From positions 1 to 53,794 of IMG/VR virus record IMGVR_UViG_2740892439_000006: 53,794 nt of DNA; one strand, written 5' to 3'. The notes under the pieces are model-generated. The model saw only the letters and a list, made by a program, of their open reading frames with translations. It ran no database searches and had not been told where the DNA came from. Below, in pieces: positions 1 to 8,815 of this stretch. The DNA is from a virus. Taxonomy: Duplodnaviria > Heunggongvirae > Uroviricota > Caudoviricetes. Each line of letters opens with the position of its first letter. Within the stretch, counting starts at the first letter, position 1. The position numbers and the translations under genes were made by a program.

Positions 1-41
1 ATTACCCATCTCTGAATTGTTACCCGTCTTCCTATCCAGAA

Positions 42-467
42 TTGTCCGGGAAGCTGTTAGCTCTATTAGCTAAAGCACCTACGGAATGGTTTAAGCCAGT
101 CGTTATCAATCCACACTTCCTGGATTACGGATCTGTTCGCACTCGTAACGAACTCAAAAACCTACTGGCGCATGGATTCATTCGACACCGTGCCGGGAAA
201 GGCTATCAGTTAGCGATTGCGCCAGAAGAGGCCGTGCGGCTATTCGCATATCGTGACAGCCAGACAAAAGCTCGGGTAATAGCTCAAATACTTCATAACG
301 GCAGCACCTATGCCCGCCAGTTTGGCGGCGACACGTCGCAGTTCTTGCGGGCGGTGCGATCGCTGGAGGCGCAAGGAATTATTGAAAGTTCCTGTCTTCC
401 TGTTCCTACCGTTCCACATATCAAACGTCGGGTTTACACCTTCACGCAGAGAGCTAAAAAACAATGA
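42..467 (+). CDS. hypothetical phage protein
   Basis: 141 aa ORF; stop overlaps start of next ORF (coupling). Confidence 0.4.
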   Translation: MSGKLLALLAKAPTEWFKPVVINPHFLDYGSVRTRNELKNLLAHGFIRHRAGKGYQLAIAPEEAVRLFAYRDSQTKARVIAQILHNGSTYARQFGGDTSQFLRAVRSLEAQGIIESSCLPVPTVPHIKRRVYTFTQRAKKQ

Positions 468-957
468 TTTACGTAAAAGTGAAACGCCTACATCTGGCAG
501 CAAAACTTCCAGCTTATGCCACCTCCGGATCGGCGGCGATGGATTTTGAGGCTGTTGAAATAAAACCATGCGTCGATAGCAATGGTGCAATTTCCTCAAG
601 CTGGTGGGTGTATACCGGACTGGCTATGGAGATCCCGCCCGGCTGGTGTCTGAAACTCTATCCGCGATCCGGATTGGGCTGCAAAAAACATACTCGCCTG
701 GCTAACTGCGTAGGAATTATCGACTCCGATTATCGCGGTGAAATCATGGCAAAACTGATTACTGATCCCGGCGGGGAAGGCGTTTGTCTCAAGCAGGAAT
801 GGCTGTCATGCAAGGAATTTTTGAGCGTGTTGAACAAGTCTCACTAGTCGAGGTTGAGGAACTCAACGAAACGGAACGTGGTGCTGGTGGCTTTGGTAGC
901 ACATCGGAAGGCCACTTTGAAATTAAGCGTTCACCGCTTCAGTACGAAAAGTTATAA
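464..957 (+). pseudogene. dut: dUTP diphosphatase (dUTPase), reading frame broken near 790-800
   Basis: N-part has dUTPase motifs (AYATSGSAAMD, RSGLG, GIIDSDYRGEI); C-terminal motif ERGAGGFGSTS continues in the minus-one frame (808..957); inserting one G in aagca->aaggca restores a single ORF. Confidence 0.6.
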
Positions 958-971
958 GCAGAGAAAAGACT

Positions 972-1649
972 ATGAATAACATGGCAACGAAAGAGCTTTT
1001 TAAGTTCCTTCCCAAATACAAAGCTCACAAAAACGTTAGTGCATCGAAAATCAAAAATGTTGTTATTTTCGGAGTAACTGATGCCCCACTTTGGGGCTGC
1101 ATCGAACTCGTTGAACCAAAAGGGGCAACAGTTTGTGTTGACGCAATGTTTTTACAAAAACACCGACCAAAAACTGGCGGGTATCTGATCGTTTATGAAA
1201 ACGGTTATCTGTTCTATGCCCCGGAGAAACCATTTGAGGAACGCTATGGCCTGGTTAACGACGCCTCCAAAAATGGAACCACGGTCATCATTACGGATGA
1301 CAACGGCGTGATGATTAATCTTACCGGGAGCGTAACTATTTCTGCTGGTGGCATCACCACCCAGCAAGAAGAAATCGACCTTGAAGCAGCCGACTTTTCT
1401 GACGCGCTGATGTGGCTGAAGGATGGCAAGAAAGTTGCTCGACGCGGGTGGAACGGCGAAAACCAATTCTGCTGGCTGGTTCCTGAAGGACAGTACCCGG
1501 CACGAATGGAAGCCATTAAGGGATATTTCCCCGGCGACCTCGTTCCGTATGGTGCTTATTTCGCCTTAAAAAATGCACAAGGTGTAGTTGTTCCGTGGGT
1601 TCCTTCTGTAGGCGACTTACTGGCATGTGACTGGTTTGTAGTGGAGTGA
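972..1649 (+). CDS. phage protein with C-terminal DUF2829-like (Tad2-like) domain
   Basis: C-terminus ...ALMWLKDGKKVARRGWNGEN...DLLACDWFVV matches remembered DUF2829 pattern; RBS gagaaaag upstream. Confidence 0.5.
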   Translation: MNNMATKELFKFLPKYKAHKNVSASKIKNVVIFGVTDAPLWGCIELVEPKGATVCVDAMFLQKHRPKTGGYLIVYENGYLFYAPEKPFEERYGLVNDASKNGTTVIITDDNGVMINLTGSVTISAGGITTQQEEIDLEAADFSDALMWLKDGKKVARRGWNGENQFCWLVPEGQYPARMEAIKGYFPGDLVPYGAYFALKNAQGVVVPWVPSVGDLLACDWFVVE

Positions 1650-1655
1650 TTTGAC

Positions 1656-2099
1656 ATGGAAAGCACCAAAACAATTCAATACCGCTTGCGTAATGGCCTG
1701 CTGGTGGCTGTTAACGCCGACATGTCACTGCCGTTTGACACGATTGAACGCACTATCATGACGTATCTCGGCTTTAATGAAGAGCTGAATGAAGAGCATG
1801 GCGTAGCTATATGGAGTGATGCAGACAGCGGCGTTCGTCGTTACATCACCGCCAGGGGCAAAGACTACTCTCTGGAAGAACTGTTTACCCTTGCGCAGTC
1901 TTTCGAATGTGTAGCATTAGACCTGTTTAATGATCCTGCTATAGCGCAACGACTTATACGCGAGCTTGGGCTATCCGTTACACCAATTATCTTTAAAAAT
2001 GGCAGCCTGACTGGCACATGGCGCGTAGAACGCATCTCAAACTACCTTCCATATAACCGACAGTTAAATGGAGTAATCTCCGGCGTTAATCAGCCGTAG
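1656..2099 (+). CDS. hypothetical phage protein
   Basis: 147 aa ORF, tight spacing with upstream gene. Confidence 0.4.
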   Translation: MESTKTIQYRLRNGLLVAVNADMSLPFDTIERTIMTYLGFNEELNEEHGVAIWSDADSGVRRYITARGKDYSLEELFTLAQSFECVALDLFNDPAIAQRLIRELGLSVTPIIFKNGSLTGTWRVERISNYLPYNRQLNGVISGVNQP

Positions 2100-2131
2100 C
2101 GTGTGAAAATGTAAACCTGGTTGTCGCTGTT

Positions 2132-2431
2132 TTGGCAACCGCATGTCGTGTTATCGGTTTGGCTAAACAGGCATTTATTCATTTCCCAAATGGTGCAGAA
2201 GGTAGCGCAGAGATTATCGCGTGTGATTTCGAATTTACCTGGATGCTACGCGAATATCTGGACCAAACAGTATTCCGTGCCGAAGAACTGGATATGTATA
2301 TCACGTCAACGATTCCAGACGATGTGCGAGCTGAAGCAATCGCTATAGCCAGGGCGAAATGCCGTGCGGCGATTGCAGAACGGGCCAAAGAAGAACAGTC
2401 CAATGATACAGCGGCAGAAGAGGTGAAATAA
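2132..2431 (+). CDS. hypothetical protein
   Basis: 99 aa ORF followed by intrinsic terminator. Confidence 0.4.
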   Translation: MATACRVIGLAKQAFIHFPNGAEGSAEIIACDFEFTWMLREYLDQTVFRAEELDMYITSTIPDDVRAEAIAIARAKCRAAIAERAKEEQSNDTAAEEVK

Positions 2432-2433
2432 CA

Positions 2434-2466
2434 AAAAGCCCGCTTGGTATGGCGGGCTTCTTTTCA
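2434..2466. terminator. bidirectional rho-independent terminator
   Basis: stem agcccgc/gcgggct with A-run upstream and T-run downstream, between convergent genes. Confidence 0.6.
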
Positions 2467-2661
2467 AATACTGGAAGCACTTTGTCTGCTACCAAGCATT
2501 CTCTGTTTAAGCACAACCATTTCCTGACGGCATAACACAGCAATAGCGGTCCTGGCGCCAATTTGCTTACCAATCAGGTATTGCTTTACCTCGCGGCGAC
2601 TCACGCCATCCAGAAGCATCTTTAACGCTTCACGGGACAATTTGTTGTATCTACGTGCCAT
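2464..2661 (-). CDS. small HTH-like protein downstream of doc
   Basis: ATG 4 bp after doc stop; 65 aa from MARRYNKL; track ORF extends further upstream in-frame. Confidence 0.4.
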   Translation of the reverse strand: MARRYNKLSREALKMLLDGVSRREVKQYLIGKQIGARTAIAVLCRQEMVVLKQRMLGSRQSASSI

Positions 2662-2665
2662 TAAT

Positions 2666-3046
2666 CTACTCCGCGGAACCATACAATCTACGTAACGTGT
2701 CGGCAACAGAAGATACAGATATCTCTCCGGTCGCAGCCCCTACGGTAAGGTCTGCCAGTTCAGGTGAATCAAATACCTGCACCCCGTTACGGCGTAGAAA
2801 TAGCAGCGCACTGTTTAGCGCGGTACGCTTATTGGCATCATTGAATATATGCCCTCTCGCTGTAGCCACCAGGTAGGTGGCGGAGACTTCGAAAAGGTCG
2901 GTGATCTCTTCGTAGGCAACTCTGGCCTGAACTCTCCCGATAATGGCCTCTGCCCTACCCGGATCTGACATTCCCGGCAGGCCGCCGTAGCGGTTTATAT
3001 TCGCATCATGAAGCGCAATAAGTTCTTCCGGTGATATATGCCTCAT
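2666..3046 (-). CDS. doc: Doc toxin (Fic/Doc family kinase)
   Basis: 126 aa; [11 protein letters not shown] motif; matches P1 Doc as I recall it. Confidence 0.95.
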   Translation of the reverse strand: MRHISPEELIALHDANINRYGGLPGMSDPGRAEAIIGRVQARVAYEEITDLFEVSATYLVATARGHIFNDANKRTALNSALLFLRRNGVQVFDSPELADLTVGAATGEISVSSVADTLRRLYGSAE

Positions 3047-3267
3047 TATCGGTTAACCAGTTCCTTGTTGGTGGAATCCAGAGTGTCAAACAGAGATGCA
3101 AATTCGGCATCCAGCGCCGCTTTTTTGTAGGCTTCGAAAGTAGCCTTGCTGACAATTACTGCTGGCTCACGGCCTCTGCGGGTGATTTCAACCTCTTCCC
3201 CGGCTTCAACATTGTTGAGCACTTCAGAAAAGTTGCCGCGCGCGGTACGGAAGTTAATGGATTGCAT
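3046..3267 (-). CDS. phd: Phd antitoxin
   Basis: 73 aa from [12 protein letters not shown]...; matches P1 Phd as recalled; stop/start overlap with doc. Confidence 0.95.
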   Translation of the reverse strand: MQSINFRTARGNFSEVLNNVEAGEEVEITRRGREPAVIVSKATFEAYKKAALDAEFASLFDTLDSTNKELVNR

Positions 3268-3339
3268 AAACACCTCGTGTACTCATTATGTGTACACAAT
3301 TATAAACCTCACAGGCATAAAGCACCAGCACTTTGCAGC

Positions 3340-3729
3340 TTAAATAACCGGACAATCATCAAACTCCCCACTTCGGGCATCATTGATGACATGAGTGATC
3401 ACACCAAAAACAGCATTACTTCCCGTGCATCCATCGTCATCTACTGGTAACGCCTCTTTCTTCCCGGTGCTTAAATCCTCCAGGTGCTGGCGCGGATACT
3501 TCCTGTATCTCTTTATGCGATATTCACCCTCCATAGCGCACACAAGCAGCGAACCATCAACTGGAGTAAGCGAAGAATCAACCACCAGCAAAGCACCCTG
3601 CAATATTCCCTCACGGTGATGGCTGTCTGCCGCCCGCATGAAGTATGTCGCTGATGGATGCCTGATTAGTTGCTGATCAAGAGAAATTCTGCTTTCAACA
3701 TAATCCGCCGCAGGAGAAGGGAAGCCCAT
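3340..3729 (-). CDS. humD: UmuD-prime homolog HumD
   Basis: GFPSPAADYVE..RI.L.QQLI.HPSATYF matches UmuD after its cleavage site; position upstream of phd-doc as in P1. Confidence 0.85.
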   Translation of the reverse strand: MGFPSPAADYVESRISLDQQLIRHPSATYFMRAADSHHREGILQGALLVVDSSLTPVDGSLLVCAMEGEYRIKRYRKYPRQHLEDLSTGKKEALPVDDDGCTGSNAVFGVITHVINDARSGEFDDCPVI

Positions 3730-3748
3730 AGCGTTTTCACCTCAACAA

Positions 3749-3768
3749 TACTGTTCATTTATACAGTA
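3749..3768. promoter_or_regulatory. LexA (SOS) box upstream of humD
   Basis: TACTGTTCATTTATACAGTA = CTGT-N8-ACAG palindrome 20 bp upstream of humD start. Confidence 0.65.
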
Positions 3769-3903
3769 TACATTAAAGAGACACCTTTGGTGCAAACGCG
3801 TTATGTACATCAACCACCGCAGATGATTTTGTGCGCTTTGCTACTATTCATCACCAACGGATCAGCGTAACCTCGTTGCCAATCAGTTAATAAGGAATTG
3901 GCG

Positions 3904-4827
3904 TTAGCCACGGTTAACCTCCTGCGGCGGTTCTGGTAGAGGCATCCAGTGAGTTACTTTCGATGCCGGTTCTTCCCCATCATCAGTAACTGCCCACCAT
4001 TTGTTTCTCGACCAATCGTAATACCCTTCGAAGGTATCGCACTCAGTCCAGGCGTAAGACTTACCCCAACACCAAACATACTGTTTATCGTTCGGCATTC
4101 GCTCACTACAGCTTATCCAACTATCCGGAGTTGCCGGATAGTTGCCATTCACAAGGTCAGCTCGAACATATAGCGTGTCATCATGGTGTTGATTGTGGCT
4201 GCACCACGTTAATTCGCTTAACTCGCCATCTTCTGGCCATACTCCAGCTGTTTGCAGCCAGATATGGGCTGGCGCATCTTGGCAAGGTGTATTAACTGGA
4301 AACTTGTAAGTTTGGCTTACAGGTTGGCTACCCTGAAGCATGGCAGCGTGGCAGGCATACTCAACGCCCTTAACTGCATCTGCGCAGTAGTTATAGCGAT
4401 TGCATTCCACTAATTTCCGTTTGAGTTTTTCAATTGCCTGCGCGACAACAGCCTGTATTGGCGGAACGGCTGTTTGCTCTCGAACGTCATTAGTCGCTAT
4501 CGGTTCTGCTGCCAACTGACTGGCATATTTGTTAATGGTAACGATAAGCTCTTGCTCGGCCTCATCCAGACAATCACCGATACCTCGCCTGTCACCGTCA
4601 AAATCATCGAAATCGGCACGAATCCTGGCAACCTCCCGGATTGCGGACAACACTTCACCAGGAATAAGCGGAGAGTTGCCCGATAGTACATTCTGCTCCA
4701 GTGATGCCAGAGCAATTCGTGCCAGTTCTTCCGCTTCTTCTGCTGGCAGTACAACGTTGCTACCAGGTCCGTATGTTTCGCGCCACTGCTTGATTGTCAG
4801 CAGTCGCTCTTTGGTAATAGTGGTCAT
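3904..4827 (-). CDS. DUF551-like C-terminal domain phage protein
   Basis: 307 aa; C-terminal WISCSERMP...VTHWMPLPEPP pattern; RBS ggagag upstream. Confidence 0.5.
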   Translation of the reverse strand: MTTITKERLLTIKQWRETYGPGSNVVLPAEEAEELARIALASLEQNVLSGNSPLIPGEVLSAIREVARIRADFDDFDGDRRGIGDCLDEAEQELIVTINKYASQLAAEPIATNDVREQTAVPPIQAVVAQAIEKLKRKLVECNRYNYCADAVKGVEYACHAAMLQGSQPVSQTYKFPVNTPCQDAPAHIWLQTAGVWPEDGELSELTWCSHNQHHDDTLYVRADLVNGNYPATPDSWISCSERMPNDKQYVWCWGKSYAWTECDTFEGYYDWSRNKWWAVTDDGEEPASKVTHWMPLPEPPQEVNRG

Positions 4828-4833
4828 AGTTAG

Positions 4834-5067
4834 TTACTCTCCATAGTCTAATTTAACAAGTCGGCATTTGAGATATCCAAAATTCTCTGGCTTGGCATCT
4901 CTTAAATAAAATTCTTCAGGGAGTTTCCCCCTTATTTTTAATCTGCATAATTCTGTAAAAAACAACCCCCTATGATTTACAGGCTCACAACGCGGCATTA
5001 TCACAAACAACCCAATCCTGCTACCTGATATCACAGGACATAACGCGGCATCGTTAATTGTCGACAT
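4834..5067 (-). CDS. hypothetical small protein
   Basis: 77 aa from MSTINDAAL with RBS caggag; track ORF extends upstream from alternative start. Confidence 0.35.
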   Translation of the reverse strand: MSTINDAALCPVISGSRIGLFVIMPRCEPVNHRGLFFTELCRLKIRGKLPEEFYLRDAKPENFGYLKCRLVKLDYGE

Positions 5068-5268
5068 TTGGCGCTCCTGCAAGTTAGCCAGCAAACCATG
5101 TAAAAATAGTTTCCATGATTTAAATGTTGGAATTTTTATCACGTAATGTCGCAAAACTATTACTACACGCGTTGCACCACGCCGGTTAATATAAGCTCGC
5201 CTGAAGTTTGTCACGGTCTAATCTCCACCCTCTGAATCTGACAGAGTTCGCGGTGTGTTAACGCCATA

Positions 5269-5457
5269 TCACTCTCCTTTAGTGCGCAAGTGGTTTTTCC
5301 AGCGGTTTTGCGCCGCGCTGGGCTTTTTGCAACAACTGTAACTCATCACCCCGCAGCACCCCGTCAACCTCACTCGTCTGTTACTAATCCTCAACCACCT
5401 CCAGACCCCAACACCGTTTCTGCGAGCTAACAGAATTTTTGCCTTACGGTTTTTCAT
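5269..5457 (-). CDS. small basic protein
   Basis: 62 aa; ATGA overlap with upstream small ORF. Confidence 0.25.
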   Translation of the reverse strand: MKNRKAKILLARRNGVGVWRWLRISNRRVRLTGCCGVMSYSCCKKPSAAQNRWKNHLRTKGE

Positions 5458-5630
5458 CGTTTTGTTCTCCTGCGTTTCTTTGCTGCGCGCCGTGCAGCTG
5501 CAATACCGGTATGGCGGCGCTTTGGTGCCGGGATGATGTTGTCAGCCATCAGGACATGCGGCTTTGCAATTAGCGCAGAAGCCCAAAAACGAGTCGGATA
5601 CGGTAACAAGCCGATACATGCCACACGCAT
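5454..5630 (-). CDS. small basic protein
   Basis: 58 aa; strong RBS aaaggaggtgagta-ATG; start overlaps stop of upstream gene. Confidence 0.3.
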   Translation of the reverse strand: MRVACIGLLPYPTRFWASALIAKPHVLMADNIIPAPKRRHTGIAAARRAAKKRRRTKR

Positions 5631-6108
5631 TACTCACCTCCTTTGGCGTCAATATTTACAGCCTGGCAAGCCTCGTTGAGCACCCAGTCAACCGCGTCTT
5701 TCCATGCTCCGGTTTCAGCTGGCGGATTCTCACACTTTACCTGTTCATAGAAGCGTACAGCCTTAACCAGTCCGTCCGGCACTGCCTGTACCATCTGCGC
5801 CCTGACCCACGCCACCCGCGACGGTTCATATGGCACATGTTGTTCCTTTTTTCTTCATGGTAATGCCCATTACTCTCGTTAAATGGCAACACCTCATACA
5901 GCCCGGCACTTCTGAAATCAGCGTGTAATTGTTCCAGTGCCGCTTCGCTGGAGGTACCGATTGATGTGAGATAATCGAAAAGATTGGCGCATAAACCATA
6001 ATTTCGAGAAAACACCCCACCTGGTTTCGCCCCATTACTCAGCCACAAATCATAAGCAATATAAAACCCGTAAAGCTGTTTTCTGATATTTTCTTTGGTT
6101 TCTTGCAT
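5630..6108 (-). CDS. hypothetical protein, frame interrupted in an A6 run near 5848
   Basis: Two overlapping ORFs (5737..6108 and 5630..5836) join into one if the A-run is A7. Confidence 0.3.
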
Positions 6109-6143
6109 TATTTATTACCGCCCTTTCGGGCGGCCTCCTGACA

Positions 6144-6356
6144 TTAATCGTTGTGATAACTCATAGCTTCATTTGCAGCATCAACTGGATCAACATCCCA
6201 CCAGCAATAATTTGGGTCGGCTCCTTCAGGTGTCCACGGCTCTAATTCATTTTTTGCCGCATTCTCGTCGCCAGTAATTTTAAAAATCTGCTCAGAAAAT
6301 TTCCTCACCCACTCGTTATATTTTTCCGCATTAATGGTTTTCTGTGTATTTAACAT
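6144..6356 (-). CDS. hypothetical protein
   Basis: 70 aa ORF in leftward operon. Confidence 0.4.
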   Translation of the reverse strand: MLNTQKTINAEKYNEWVRKFSEQIFKITGDENAAKNELEPWTPEGADPNYCWWDVDPVDAANEAMSYHND

Positions 6357-6406
6357 AGATATACCTCCAGTTAATGATTTGATTTTATTTACAGTGCTAA
6401 ATTTAT

Positions 6407-6763
6407 TTATTCAGTTCTGGGTTTTGTCGCCCTGCGTATCCGCGCTTTCGCGTTACGCTCAATCTGAATTAACTTTTCTATATTTTTCCGTCTTTCCTGT
6501 TCCTCCTGGCGCAATAGCCTTACATCATCTGCCAGTCTGGTTTCTCTTTTCGCCACAGAGAGCATCCAGTCAAACGGCTCCACAACTGCACCGCAGATTT
6601 TACAGCGGACCTGACGCTCTTTTTCGTCAACCCGGACAGAAGCGTGATGGCAGTATGGTCTTTCCGATGGCTCATAAAGAAAATTAACCTGATCACGTGG
6701 GTCATCCTCCTTTACCGGAAATAAAACAATATTACTTAACTCATCTTCTGGTTTTATTTGCAT
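6407..6763 (-). CDS. hypothetical Cys/His-containing protein
   Basis: 118 aa from MQIKPEDE; RBS aaggagaggag; CHH...C.IC motif. Confidence 0.4.
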   Translation of the reverse strand: MQIKPEDELSNIVLFPVKEDDPRDQVNFLYEPSERPYCHHASVRVDEKERQVRCKICGAVVEPFDWMLSVAKRETRLADDVRLLRQEEQERRKNIEKLIQIERNAKARIRRATKPRTE

Positions 6764-7241
6764 GCTCCTCTCCTTTGATGCGAATGCCAGCGGCGCGTGG
6801 CACATTAACTTCCACGATGCGCACAGTTGGTTTGTACATCTCAATCGCTGTCAGCCAGTCAGCTCCTGTCATGCGCTTTTCCGCATCGCCATTAGTCCAC
6901 TGAACCGGTACACCAATAGCCTTCATCGCAATTTCTATTTCCCCGGCAATGGCGCTTTTCCCGCAACCAGTAAAACCAGAGACAACGACAAGAACTTCGC
7001 CTTTGGCTGGTTTTATTTCCCGCGCCTCCACCTCTGCAATTCGGCACATAGCATCGATATTTGTGTCTTCCAGGCGTTTAACTTCATCCAATAATGCCAA
7101 CGCGATATCTGGCGAAAAGTGCTTCATAAAATCGTTAAGCGCATTAATTCGCTGATCGAAAGGCATTACAGGCGCTTCACCAGCAATTTTTGTTTTTTCA
7201 GCAATTTCACGAAGCTTTTGATAGTCAATTTTGTTTGTCAT
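6741..7241 (-). CDS. P-loop (Walker A) containing phage protein
   Basis: 166 aa; GFTGCGKS motif. Confidence 0.45.
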   Translation of the reverse strand: MTNKIDYQKLREIAEKTKIAGEAPVMPFDQRINALNDFMKHFSPDIALALLDEVKRLEDTNIDAMCRIAEVEAREIKPAKGEVLVVVSGFTGCGKSAIAGEIEIAMKAIGVPVQWTNGDAEKRMTGADWLTAIEMYKPTVRIVEVNVPRAAGIRIKGEEHANKTRR

Positions 7242-7414
7242 GCCACTACCTCTTCGAATTTCAACTCCAATTGGTCACCCCAGATTTCACATGATTCGGA
7301 ACACGAACCAGTATCAAACCGCTTGGCCTGCACCATCGCCTGATACAAATTTCTGTAGTCGCTGTCGGCATACATTCTGGCAATCCCGTCAAGCGTCAGG
7401 TGACCACGGTACAT
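7238..7414 (-). CDS. small coupled ORF
   Basis: 58 aa; start overlaps end of PAPS-reductase-like gene, stop overlaps ATG of next gene (ATGA). Confidence 0.3.
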   Translation of the reverse strand: MYRGHLTLDGIARMYADSDYRNLYQAMVQAKRFDTGSCSESCEIWGDQLELKFEEVVA

Positions 7415-8115
7415 AACGTCTTTACCTGTTCTGCGATGACCATCCTGACGTGTTTGCCTGTAACCAGTTCATTAAAAACCCGCATCAGACCTGGTTCGTC
7501 TTTACATGCAAGCCCCAGCTTTTGCGTTGACTTTTTGATGCAAAAAACACAGTTCCCGAGGTGCTCCGGGATTTGCAAATCAAAAGGTTGTTTTCGCCAC
7601 CACCGGATAACATCCGACTTATCAAAATCTGACAGCTCGGCAAGATACCGGACGCCCGGTTTCGGTTTCAGCCTACGGGGTTCGTCCGCACGAATACCCA
7701 GCCATGTGATGTAATTCCCTCGCCCAAAATGGTCATCGCAATATTTCGTGAAAGGGGTGAGTTTTAGCCTGTCAGTACAGAACGCGCCGCCGATGTATGG
7801 CGTACCGTACTTTTTAACCATGTCCATAAACGGTTTAAGCACCGGCATTCGCGTCTGAATATCCTTTGGTTCCCATTCCGTATAACCATTTGGCTGCCCA
7901 AGTTCTGGATTTATATCGACCTGCAACACCGTTAGCGGTACATTCCAGAACTTCACAACCTCACGAATAAAGCGATACGTCAGAGGATGTTCACAGCCGG
8001 TATCCATAAAAATGAAATGGACGCTAGCGCCAGCTTTTCGCTGTGCTTCCATCAGATGAACGAGATAAGCCGATGTTCGTCCACCTGAAAAGCTGACAAC
8101 TTGATGCATACTCAC
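7396..8115 (-). CDS. phosphoadenosine-phosphosulfate reductase-like (PP-loop ATPase) protein
   Basis: SFSGGRTS PP-loop motif near N-terminus; 239 aa. Confidence 0.7.
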   Translation of the reverse strand: MSMHQVVSFSGGRTSAYLVHLMEAQRKAGASVHFIFMDTGCEHPLTYRFIREVVKFWNVPLTVLQVDINPELGQPNGYTEWEPKDIQTRMPVLKPFMDMVKKYGTPYIGGAFCTDRLKLTPFTKYCDDHFGRGNYITWLGIRADEPRRLKPKPGVRYLAELSDFDKSDVIRWWRKQPFDLQIPEHLGNCVFCIKKSTQKLGLACKDEPGLMRVFNELVTGKHVRMVIAEQVKTLCTVVT

Positions 8116-8118
8116 GGT

Positions 8119-8811
8119 TTATTCCTGAACGCGCTTAAACTCGATTACCCATACCCACGGGTTAGATAGCCAGTTATCCTGCCCGTAAATACTGCGCCAG
8201 ATATCACCAAAACCAACGCGATAAACAGCTTCCGGCGGCGTAATTTTGTACATCGCCGGAGATGCGCCTTCTGCTTTAGCATCTGCCTCGCTCATATCAC
8301 GCAGCCGTTCCACACGCACGTCGGTAATTTCCAGCAAAATACGCGAAGCCCAGCGCGGCATGTGAATTGATGGACGCCACCCGCCATCAAACTTTTCATT
8401 CACAGTGTGAGGTTTCCAGTCGGCATCATCGGGTATCGACCACAAACCGTAATCACCAGGCTTTTGCTCACAACTGGCCCGATAAATCCTTGCTGCGTTC
8501 TTCTCATCGCCACGACAAAGGTTGTCGTTCCAGTCCACACTGCAACCATCCTCATTGCCTAATATCGCCCACGCCTCACGGACCCATATGCGATCACCAA
8601 CGTTACCGAACGGGCATAAACCATGTTCAGGTGCATCCATAACGTGGGTATAGACACCATTGCGTTTCTTTGTCGGTTTACGGATAACTAGGCAGTTATC
8701 GGCCCTGACATTTTTTACAGGTCGGCGAGTCTGCGTCTTCCTTCCTTCGAGGATGGCCCTGACCATCTCATCGTTAAAAATCATCCCGCGTTCTTTCATT
8801 TTTTGATCCAC
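8119..8811 (-). CDS. ASCH-like domain phage protein
   Basis: N-terminal MVRAILEGRKTQTRR (GxKTxTxR-type motif). Confidence 0.45.
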   Translation of the reverse strand: MDQKMKERGMIFNDEMVRAILEGRKTQTRRPVKNVRADNCLVIRKPTKKRNGVYTHVMDAPEHGLCPFGNVGDRIWVREAWAILGNEDGCSVDWNDNLCRGDEKNAARIYRASCEQKPGDYGLWSIPDDADWKPHTVNEKFDGGWRPSIHMPRWASRILLEITDVRVERLRDMSEADAKAEGASPAMYKITPPEAVYRVGFGDIWRSIYGQDNWLSNPWVWVIEFKRVQE

Positions 8812-8815
8812 CTCA

